Below are positions 8,598 to 15,741 of a stretch of 64,000 nt of DNA, piece by piece. This stretch comes from a virus (lineage: Duplodnaviria > Caudoviricetes). Under the pieces are notes generated by a model that was not told the origin of the DNA, did no database searches, and saw only the letters and a program-made list of their open reading frames with translations. The position numbers and the translations under genes are program-made. The stretch lies in IMG/VR virus record IMGVR_UViG_3300020577_006811, positions 1 through 64,000 of that record. One strand, written 5' to 3'. Every line of letters starts with the position of its first letter. Within the stretch, counting starts at the first letter, position 1.

Positions 8598-8963
8598 TCA
8601 CCCCAACAGTATCTTTCTAGCCTCATTCACCCGAGCTGCCAGATAGTCCGACCCTCCGGTGTCCGGGTGCACACGCTGCATCATCTTGCGGTATGCCGTC
8701 TGCACCGCCTCGCGCCCGGCGCCCGGCGTAAGTCCTAAAGCAGAGTACGCCTCGTCTCGGGTCATCTTGGCGCCCTTAAAGACCACACGCTCAACGATTT
8801 TGACCTTCTCTTGCACCTTGACCGCAGCGTCGTGGTTGGAAACCCGCACCAAAGCCATGAACAAGGCAAACAAGCCAACCAGCTCGTGACCAGTGTTCAT
8901 TAAGTACACCCCAAGCGTGAAGCCAGGCAGAAAGATCACGCCAAGGATCAGAACGACAATCAC
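8598..8963 (-). CDS. membrane-anchored J-domain (DnaJ-type) protein
   Basis: Two N-terminal TM segments, then EAYSALGL...AYRKMMQRVHPDTGGSDYLAARVNEARKIL with an intact HPD. Confidence 0.85.
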   Translation of the reverse strand: MIVVLILGVIFLPGFTLGVYLMNTGHELVGLFALFMALVRVSNHDAAVKVQEKVKIVERVVFKGAKMTRDEAYSALGLTPGAGREAVQTAYRKMMQRVHPDTGGSDYLAARVNEARKILLG

Positions 8964-9127
8964 GGCTTCCGCCCTTTCACAGGCACCGGAATGAACGCCC
9001 GGCACTTCTCCTGATCACCACGCTGAAAGTCCGCGTAGGTCTGCCACTCCCCAGGCGTCGCCTTGAAACGGTAGCATCCATCTCGCGACGGGCAGTTCTT
9101 GTCCTCGCACATCGCCACGTCAGGCAT
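8960..9127 (-). CDS. conserved small Cys-rich phage protein
   Basis: MPDVAMC....CP....CYR motif. Confidence 0.7.
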   Translation of the reverse strand: MPDVAMCEDKNCPSRDGCYRFKATPGEWQTYADFQRGDQEKCRAFIPVPVKGRKP

Positions 9128-9247
9128 CACCACTCCCTCACCCACACCAAGCACCGGCCCGGCACGTCGCCCATCATCTCCCGGACCACGCACCGAGGCT
9201 GAGGCAGCGCAATCCACGCGTAGGCAACCAAGATCCGCATGGGCCCG

Positions 9248-9406
9248 TCACCTTTCGTTTACGTCCGTCGCTTTCCATGGCCCTTTGTCCGTATCGCCCT
9301 GCCACCAATCGGACCAAACCATAGCCCTTTGATGCAGCCAGCCCCACTGGCAGCGGTAGGCCATGTCACCAATCCAGAAGCAAATCCAAGCCATCGCCCA
9401 GCGCAT
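9248..9406 (-). CDS. small Trp-rich protein (52 aa)
   Basis: Manual translation MRWAMAWICFWIGD...GPWK; GAGG RBS. Confidence 0.5.
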   Translation of the reverse strand: MRWAMAWICFWIGDMAYRCQWGWLHQRAMVWSDWWQGDTDKGPWKATDVNER

Positions 9407-9418
9407 ACCCGACCTCTT

Positions 9419-9604
9419 TCACTCCGTTATCTTCATCGCCGCGCGGGCGCTCCAGTACAGAGGCCAGACAATGCCGACGTATGCAGCAACCGCGCCCGGA
9501 AACGGCTCTTGAGGTGTCCTCTGGTGCTGATACCAGTACGCTCCGGTCAGCATCGCCGCGCAGTAGTACGCCGCCAGTAGGCCAATGACCGCTCGTTTGC
9601 GCAT
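9419..9604 (-). CDS. small membrane protein
   Basis: Two hydrophobic segments. Confidence 0.6.
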   Translation of the reverse strand: MRKRAVIGLLAAYYCAAMLTGAYWYQHQRTPQEPFPGAVAAYVGIVWPLYWSARAAMKITE

Positions 9605-9605
9605 G

Positions 9606-10139
9606 TCAGCGTCTCCCCAACTCTCGAAACGCCTCAGCCTGCCGCATCAGTTCTTCCAACTCAGGCGTCATCCGCTCCGGCGACAATGGGGGAAACGGCA
9701 GGATGGGCGTCGGCTTGGCTACAGAAACAAGTTCTAGCCGCCGCTCGTCCGCAAGACGATGTTTCAGCGCACCAAGCTTCTCTTCCGCATCCAACGCCCT
9801 TTGCACTAAAGCCCTGGTCGATCTTTTTACCCGAGCGGCAGTGACGGGACGCCTTGGTTGCATGCTCGGGTCGATTTCGCCAAGATGCTCCATGGCAGGC
9901 GTTGACGCGATGTAATCTAGTAACGGCTGAATTGGCCGGAACCACTCCCCTCGCACGCGGGCATGAGCAAAACGCCTATGCAAGTCTTGTTCTTGACGGC
10001 GAGTCCCGGGCATAACCAAAAGCAATTCCAACTCAACCGGCGACGCCGTCAAAAGGCTGCTGAATCGCGTTGCTGGTGCTCGCGACACGCCAATCTTGAT
10101 AAGATTGTCGCCCCCGCAGGCTTGGATGAAATAGATCAC
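9606..10139 (-). CDS. GIY-YIG superfamily (T5orf172/MUG113-like) protein
   Basis: IYFIQ...IKIGVS...RFSSL...EQDLHRRF...GEWF signature. Confidence 0.85.
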   Translation of the reverse strand: MIYFIQACGGDNLIKIGVSRAPATRFSSLLTASPVELELLLVMPGTRRQEQDLHRRFAHARVRGEWFRPIQPLLDYIASTPAMEHLGEIDPSMQPRRPVTAARVKRSTRALVQRALDAEEKLGALKHRLADERRLELVSVAKPTPILPFPPLSPERMTPELEELMRQAEAFRELGRR

Positions 10140-10172
10140 GTGCCGACGTTCCTATGTGCGTGTGCTTCAGCT

Positions 10173-10424
10173 TCAAGCGGGCGCTTTGGTTTTTTGCGGC
10201 CACCGCCATTTGATGTCTGCTTGCTGCATTAGCTTGCGCATGGTGCCTGGGTGGCGCATCGGACGCTCCCCCTGCTCCCAATTCTCAATTGATCTGACGG
10301 TGACGCCGAGATAGTCGGCGGCATCCTTTTGCGTGTAGCGCATGAACTTCCGCCATGCTTTCAACTCGTCCGGAGAAACCGGTTGAGCCGTCTTCGCTTT
10401 GGGTCTAAGTCTTGTTTTCCGCAT
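10173..10424 (-). CDS. XRE-family HTH transcriptional regulator
   Basis: LKAWRKFMRYTQKDAADYLGVTVRSIENWEQG. Confidence 0.9.
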   Translation of the reverse strand: MRKTRLRPKAKTAQPVSPDELKAWRKFMRYTQKDAADYLGVTVRSIENWEQGERPMRHPGTMRKLMQQADIKWRWPQKTKAPA

Positions 10425-10462
10425 GATGCATCATTGCATCCCCTTAGGGGGGCGTCGAGTTC

Positions 10463-10480
10463 GTTGGCAAACTTGCCAAC
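10463..10480. promoter_or_regulatory. palindromic putative operator
   Basis: GTTGGCAA-AC-TTGCCAAC immediately downstream of the leftward -10 element. Confidence 0.5.
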
Positions 10481-10483
10481 ATA

Positions 10484-10512
10484 TAAATACGGTATCCCTC
10501 ATTGGGGTACAA
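10484..10512 (-). promoter_or_regulatory. putative sigma70 promoter for the leftward operon
   Basis: Minus strand TTGTAC-N17-TATTTA. Confidence 0.5.
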
Positions 10513-10855
10513 GAAAAATCGCCACGCTTTCCTAACTGCGCTCATAAATGCCAGTTTAAGGGTGCCGTTAGGAAAACGGCTAGCGAAAACAAACCCGTGT
10601 TGTATCAAGGCGTTACAAATTCCGTCATTCGCCAATGAGGGACTTGTTGAAAACCACGCCCCGCGCCCTCACACCCACCGCCAGCGGCCGATCTCCGTCT
10701 CAAACGCCCCGCCGTCTTTGCCCTCGACCCGCCCGCCGCCGCCCGCAAACCCTGCGCCCGCAGCATCCGCTTGAGCCCCGTTTTGAAGGTTGCACCCGCC
10801 CCTCGAAGCCCCGCTAAAGCTAGTCAAAAAACCACCCCGCGCCCACCCTTTCCAA

Positions 10856-10884
10856 TTGCCTTTCCCGGGGAAAACTGGCATATT
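10856..10884 (+). promoter_or_regulatory. putative sigma70 promoter for the rightward operon
   Basis: TTGCCT-N17-CATATT; palindrome TTTCCC-G-GGGAAA overlaps the spacer. Confidence 0.45.
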
Positions 10885-10938
10885 CTCTATGGTCGCTTCC
10901 GCTTCCCTCACGGACCCGGCCCTCTCTCCAGATGCATG

Positions 10939-10976
10939 AACCCCCGCTGCCCGTCACAGCGGGGGTTTTGCTGTTT
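10939..10976 (+). terminator. intrinsic terminator upstream of the first rightward gene
   Basis: Perfect 11-bp stem AACCCCCGCTG/CAGCGGGGGTT followed by TTGCTGTTT. Confidence 0.6.
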
Positions 10977-11084
10977 ATGGCCCTCGCTTCTGAACCCGCA
11001 CACACCGCAAAGCCCTTACCCCGGCAGCCAACCAGGCGGACGCTCAAGAAGCGAGGGTCGCCCCTCTCGCCCAACGGAGCGCCC

Positions 11085-11249
11085 ATGGCCCAGCCCCTCG
11101 GTCTCATCTGGCTCGCACAGCTCGCCGCCGGTACAATCACCCCCGAGCAGATCGCCGCGCGCTGGCAGATGACTGTGGACGAAGTCACTCGCATCCTTGA
11201 CGTGACCCGCCAGCGCTTCCCCGCCTCTCCCAAATCAGTTATCCACTGA
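11085..11249 (+). CDS. small HTH-like protein
   Basis: GGAG RBS; TPEQIAARWQMTVDEVTRIL. Confidence 0.55.
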   Translation: MAQPLGLIWLAQLAAGTITPEQIAARWQMTVDEVTRILDVTRQRFPASPKSVIH

Positions 11250-11274
11250 CTTCGCAGTCTGGCGTTCAGAAAAC

Positions 11275-11577
11275 GTGAGCGCCGCTATGCCTATGCAACC
11301 CTCCCGCGACATTGACTGCTACGTGGACGCCATCCTTGAGCGCGCCGACCAGGCCCTCAAAGCCGCGCACTTCATCCGCTACCGCAACAAAGAGCGCCTG
11401 TCGGATGACCAGATGGCCGAGATCGGCATCATCCATCTGAACATGGTTTCGCTCCTCGCCAGCCTCACCGACGGCGAGGCCTACGGCGCCGCCGACGACA
11501 GCGTGATCTACGCCCTCCGCGGCTTTGAATGCGACGCCGACGCCCTGCTCCGCGAAGAGAAAGGCATGCTCTCATGA
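11275..11577 (+). CDS. hypothetical protein
   Basis: GC3-rich codon usage, in operon. Confidence 0.65.
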   Translation: MSAAMPMQPSRDIDCYVDAILERADQALKAAHFIRYRNKERLSDDQMAEIGIIHLNMVSLLASLTDGEAYGAADDSVIYALRGFECDADALLREEKGMLS

Positions 11578-11783
11578 AGTTTCGCCCGCTGGTGTCCTCC
11601 AACCTTGAAGCCTGCCACTACGACGAAGCGACGAAAACGCTGACCGTGAAGTTCAAGGGCGGCGGGACTTACGCCTACGGCGGCGTGGTCAAAGACCACT
11701 ATCAAGGCCTGCTGGACGCGAAGTCGGCCGGCAAGTTTTTCCACGGCACCATCCGCAAGAAGTACAAGCACGAGAAAGTGTAG
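11574..11783 (+). CDS. KTSC-domain protein
   Basis: SSNLEACHYD...LTVKFKGGGTYAY...LLDAKSAGKFFH. Confidence 0.9.
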   Translation: MKFRPLVSSNLEACHYDEATKTLTVKFKGGGTYAYGGVVKDHYQGLLDAKSAGKFFHGTIRKKYKHEKV

Positions 11784-11837
11784 CGGCACCAATTATGTCC
11801 CACTTAAAAAGGATTTTGGTTCAGGGCAGTAATTGAC

Positions 11838-12458
11838 ATGACGAAGAAGAGTTCTGCGCCGAAATCGACAAGTTCAATGCCTGCCGTTGTGGAAGAAAAG
11901 CCCGCATCGGTCGGGCGCCCGTCGTCGTTTCAAGAAGAGTACATTGTGCAGACGCAAAAGCTCTGCGCCCTTGGTGCAACAGACGAAGAAATAGCCGATT
12001 TTTTTGACATTTCGCGGCGAACGTTGAGCCGCTGGAAAACGACGTACCCAGAATTCGTGGAAGCTCTGCGTCGCGGCAAAGACGCAGCCGACGACCGTGT
12101 TGTGGACAGCTTGTACCACCGGGCGCTTCCGCGCGAGGTTGAAGAAGAGCAGGCCATCAAACTGAAGAAGGTCATCTACAACGAACAAGGCAAGCGCGCG
12201 AGCGAAGAAGAGCGCGTTGAGATTGTGAAGGTCCGCAAGTTCATGCCGCCTGACACGACAGCGATGATCTTCTGGTTGAAGAACCGTCGCCCAGATCAAT
12301 GGCGCGATGTGCACAAGCATGAGCACGGCGCGGCCGGTGCGTTCAGTTCAATGCCTGAAGAGGAATTGGACAAGTTCATCCTTGAGAACATGAAAGACGT
12401 TACGCCGTTCTTGGATATGTCCGTCCTCAAAGTTGAGGAAGAAACCGATGAGGGCTAG
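11838..12458 (+). CDS. terS: terminase small subunit
   Basis: GRPSSF...GATDEEIADFFDIS..TL.RW...PEF; PPDTTAMIFWLKNR. Confidence 0.85.
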   Translation: MTKKSSAPKSTSSMPAVVEEKPASVGRPSSFQEEYIVQTQKLCALGATDEEIADFFDISRRTLSRWKTTYPEFVEALRRGKDAADDRVVDSLYHRALPREVEEEQAIKLKKVIYNEQGKRASEEERVEIVKVRKFMPPDTTAMIFWLKNRRPDQWRDVHKHEHGAAGAFSSMPEEELDKFILENMKDVTPFLDMSVLKVEEETDEG

Positions 12459-12482
12459 CAACCAACCATTGGAGATGCGGCC

Positions 12483-12674
12483 ATGAGCCATACGACCGAG
12501 AAACCGCCTGCGGGCTACGTGGCGCTGCCGAAGGGCGCGAAGTGCCGGTGCCTGCTGCTCTGGGACGATGGTGATGGGAATTACTATTGCTGCAAGGAAG
12601 TGGGCGCGCTGCGGGGCTTGCCACCGAAGAAAAAGAACGGGAAGATTGTAATGAGGCAGGTGACGGTAGATTGA
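12483..12674 (+). CDS. hypothetical protein
   Basis: GGAG RBS; Cys-rich. Confidence 0.5.
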   Translation: MSHTTEKPPAGYVALPKGAKCRCLLLWDDGDGNYYCCKEVGALRGLPPKKKNGKIVMRQVTVD

Positions 12675-12686
12675 CGGGGGCGAGGG

Positions 12687-13073
12687 ATGACGGCGGATCG
12701 GTGGGCGCAGACGAAAGCCGATGTGTTGCGGCGGTGCGCGGAACGCACAGAGGCGGCGAAACTGAGGGCGAACAAGCCGGCGCTGGATTCCCCGAGGGCA
12801 ATTGCCGAATTGCAGCGCTTGTGGCGCATGCGGGCCCTGACCATGGTTGGCGTGGCTGAACGGTGGTCAGCGTTTCTAGGGGTGACGCTGTCGGTGCATC
12901 AGGTGCGGGCGTTTGCGAAAGCGCGCCGCGCTGAGTTTCCCGACCGCCGCGCGCTCAACTACGGTGTGGTGTCCTACAGCCCACCGCGCAGTCGATTTCG
13001 CCAGCGGATGTTTGTGGACGAGGCGCTGCAGGACCAGCAGTTTGACGTGCTTGATGCACGCGATGTGCTGTGA
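12687..13073 (+). CDS. hypothetical protein, possible GcrA-like HTH
   Basis: GAGG RBS; basic helical sequence; family call weak. Confidence 0.5.
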   Translation: MTADRWAQTKADVLRRCAERTEAAKLRANKPALDSPRAIAELQRLWRMRALTMVGVAERWSAFLGVTLSVHQVRAFAKARRAEFPDRRALNYGVVSYSPPRSRFRQRMFVDEALQDQQFDVLDARDVL

Positions 13074-13501
13074 CCTCCGTCGGCTTCACCGGCACGCAGG
13101 CGGGCATGACCTCGGCGCAGCAGATGCGCCTCATGCAGTTGCTGCGTGGGAGGCAGATCGAGTTTCACCACGGGGATTGCATTGGCTCTGATGCCGAGGC
13201 CCACGAGATCGCGCGGGTGTGCGGCGCGCGGATTATCATCCACCCGCCGTTGAACCAAGCAAAACGCGCCCTGTGCCTTGGCGGCGACGTGCTACCGCCG
13301 AAAGCCTATCTCACCCGCAACCGGGACATTGTCCGCGCCACGGGACGCCTGATCGCGGCGCCAAAGGAAAGCTGTGAGGAACTACGCTCGGGCACGTGGA
13401 TGACCGTGCGGTTTGCGCGTACACTCGGGCGGCCGATTTGGATCTTGTGGCCTGACGGGGCCTGCCGCGTGGAAAACGCACCTGAGGAGATCGCAGCGTG
13501 A
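13070..13501 (+). CDS. SLOG-family protein
   Basis: VGFTGTQ...HHGDCIGSD..AH...RNRDIV...SGTWMTVRFA. Confidence 0.85.
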   Translation: MTSVGFTGTQAGMTSAQQMRLMQLLRGRQIEFHHGDCIGSDAEAHEIARVCGARIIIHPPLNQAKRALCLGGDVLPPKAYLTRNRDIVRATGRLIAAPKESCEELRSGTWMTVRFARTLGRPIWILWPDGACRVENAPEEIAA

Positions 13502-13803
13502 GCAAATTGAGCGAAATGCCCCCAGGCGACGTGGTCGCGCGCGCCGATGCCGAGCGCATGGCCGCAGCCGAATTGCTCGCAAACGCGCGCCAAGCCCTCG
13601 GCAACTACTGGCTCAAACTGGCCGAGTGGCACATTGAGCAGGGCGAACTGGCCATCGCGGAGCAGATCGTCAACGCCACAGACGAGGTTCTGCGCCTCGT
13701 GGCGCCGTCCGAAATCATGGACACGGTGCGGCTGAAGGCCGTAGGCATTGCACTGCCGCAGCCGCCCAAGCCGCCGGGAAGCCACCTGAAGCTGGTGTCG
13801 TAA
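13498..13803 (+). CDS. hypothetical protein
   Basis: GGAG RBS, start overlaps the upstream stop. Confidence 0.65.
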   Translation: MSKLSEMPPGDVVARADAERMAAAELLANARQALGNYWLKLAEWHIEQGELAIAEQIVNATDEVLRLVAPSEIMDTVRLKAVGIALPQPPKPPGSHLKLVS

Positions 13804-13815
13804 GAGAGGGAAGAC

Positions 13816-14007
13816 ATGACCACAGACCCCCGCATCTTGCAGGCCGTCGTCAACGGATGGCGCAACGGCAAGCCGATCTGGTTCATCATGGCTGCGTGCA
13901 GGTTCCCAACCCCAGCCGACTGCATGGACGTCGTGCGCTATCTGCAACTGCCTGAGCGCAGCCCGACGACTTGCGAAATTTTCCTGCCTGAGGAGCCCAT
14001 CACGTGA
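13816..14007 (+). CDS. hypothetical protein
   Basis: GAGG RBS. Confidence 0.55.
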   Translation: MTTDPRILQAVVNGWRNGKPIWFIMAACRFPTPADCMDVVRYLQLPERSPTTCEIFLPEEPIT

Positions 14008-14255
14008 CCGAGCCCCAGTTTGAAGCTGACGTACAGGCGCAAGCCACAGGCATGATCAACGCCATCAACAGAGCGCTGGAAACCTACTCAGAGACAGCAC
14101 CTGACGGCGTTGGAGCAGCTGCAGTTCTCGGCGCACTTGCTATGGTCGCTGGCGACATCATCAGCCAAGCGCCCGAGCCCGAAGTCGCCCGCAGCGCCTA
14201 CGAGAACTTTGAGCGCATTCTGCTGGCCCGCGCTGGCTTGGAGACGAACTCATGA
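14004..14255 (+). CDS. hypothetical protein
   Basis: GAGGAG RBS, start overlaps the upstream stop. Confidence 0.65.
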   Translation: MTEPQFEADVQAQATGMINAINRALETYSETAPDGVGAAAVLGALAMVAGDIISQAPEPEVARSAYENFERILLARAGLETNS

Positions 14256-14391
14256 ACTCGTTTTCATATACCGCCATGAGCGTGAAGTACCCGCCGCGAT
14301 TCTCCGACCTTCAAAAGGTGGCCCAGTGGTGCGGCGCTGCCGCCAAGGCGTACGCCGAGGCTGAGGCCAACCGCAATCAGCAGGCCGCCTA

Positions 14392-14850
14392 ATGCTCTCC
14401 CGCCGCCACCTTGCGTCTGCCGCCGCAGCGCTCATCGGCGCTGTTGGCCTTGCGCGCCCAACGCAGGCGGCTCTCGCGGATCAAGACGACGACTTCACCT
14501 TCCTCCAGGCCAAGCGCGCGCAGCTCCTAGCCGCGACGCACGAAGCCGGTCAGCGCGATCCCTACGGCCGCGAGGTGGACATTCAGCGCGTGGTGCCAGG
14601 TGATCTTGAGCTTGTGGTCCAGTCCTGCAACGGTCTTGACCGCAAGACACGTTATGCCCTGATCCCGATTGATGCCTTGCGCGAGGACTTCAAGGCCGCG
14701 TGGTTCCGCGCCATCGCGCACGTGCTGCCGCCGCTGGAGAACACAGACATTCCAGCGTGGTCTGCGGCCAAGTTCTATGATGATGTGCCGCCGGCCGGCT
14801 GGGAAGTGGTGGGCGAATCCGAGAGCCACGTCATCTGCAAGAAGGTCTAG
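14392..14850 (+). CDS. twin-arginine-leader protein
   Basis: MLSRRHLASAAAALIGAVGLARPTQAA leader with an AxA-type cleavage site. Confidence 0.7.
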   Translation: MLSRRHLASAAAALIGAVGLARPTQAALADQDDDFTFLQAKRAQLLAATHEAGQRDPYGREVDIQRVVPGDLELVVQSCNGLDRKTRYALIPIDALREDFKAAWFRAIAHVLPPLENTDIPAWSAAKFYDDVPPAGWEVVGESESHVICKKV

Positions 14851-15155
14851 GCCCTCAAAGCCGCAAGCCGCTTGGCCTCTGACTCTTGCACAGCCGCCGT
14901 CGGCTTCTGCATCAAGATCAAGCCGTGCGTCTCAATCGCTTCCTCAACGGTGCTGACCGGCGCACCCGGATGTTCCGTCGGTGCCACAAACGTCCACCCG
15001 TTGTCCAGCCGCGCCTGCACGTTCGCCGGGTCCGCGTTACCCAAAAGCGCCGTGCGTACCCACTGATACGTGGTGCCGTCCGGCGCCTTGATGGACCATG
15101 GGTCGTGCCCAGCAGCCCAGCCAGAAACCCACGACGGGTCAAATCTACCATGCAT
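14847..15155 (-). CDS. paralogue of head-region protein 26667-27299; RRGFL leader lies in an overlapping frame
   Basis: PDGTTYQWVR...G..DP...GW..V...PG...GLILM matches 26667; a second frame from ATG 15151 encodes MVDLTRRGFLAGLLGTT. Confidence 0.65.
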   Translation of the reverse strand: MHGRFDPSWVSGWAAGHDPWSIKAPDGTTYQWVRTALLGNADPANVQARLDNGWTFVAPTEHPGAPVSTVEEAIETHGLILMQKPTAAVQESEAKRLAALRA

Positions 15156-15179
15156 TTCCCCTGCGATTTGGCCTGCGGA

Positions 15180-15434
15180 TCAAGTGTTTGATCCAACACG
15201 CGCCGCCGCGCGCTCAACCTGCTTGGAGATGTTCACCACTTCGTCCAGCAGGTGTTCGCGGCTTGGGCCCTCGCCGACGTTCTTCTCAACGTACCGAAAC
15301 AGATGATCCAGGCGCTTCACCACGGCGTCAAAGTCGCTTGGGCGCGGCGCAATAGGTGGCTGCGGTCTCATCGGCTGTCTCCGCGGATAGTGGCCAACGG
15401 GCACTGGACAGACAGCTTCCGATCTTCGGCTCAT
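15180..15434 (-). CDS. hypothetical protein
   Basis: ATG 15434 with GGGG RBS. Confidence 0.55.
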   Translation of the reverse strand: MSRRSEAVCPVPVGHYPRRQPMRPQPPIAPRPSDFDAVVKRLDHLFRYVEKNVGEGPSREHLLDEVVNISKQVERAAARVGSNT

Positions 15435-15553
15435 GGCGCCCCCGCGCTGTAGTTGATGGTGTCCCGTAGCATAACTGTGGCCGCCGCGCGACGGCAAGAT
15501 TGCGTATCAACAGCAAATCGTGCCAGTTGAAAGACCCCATTCAAGAGGACCGC

Positions 15554-15736
15554 ATGGACCTGCGCGATGAACTGATCCAAGGCCTGCTGAAGGAATACGC
15601 CGCGCTCGGGCGCATCCGCGAAAAGCTCGCCATCCAGCTTGAAGCGCTTGGTGTGGATGTAGACACCAGAGACGATGCGGCATTCCAAGACCGCGTTCAG
15701 AAGCTCAAGCCGCAACCTCGCACAGTCACCAACTAA
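15554..15736 (+). CDS. hypothetical protein
   Basis: GAGGA RBS, immediately upstream of terL. Confidence 0.55.
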   Translation: MDLRDELIQGLLKEYAALGRIREKLAIQLEALGVDVDTRDDAAFQDRVQKLKPQPRTVTN

Positions 15737-15741
15737 CCCAC

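Noticed and set aside
14918-15151. The RRGFL frame as a complete stand-alone gene
   Set aside because: Beyond the first 17 codons it is Arg-rich off-frame sequence; the conserved domain is in the other frame.
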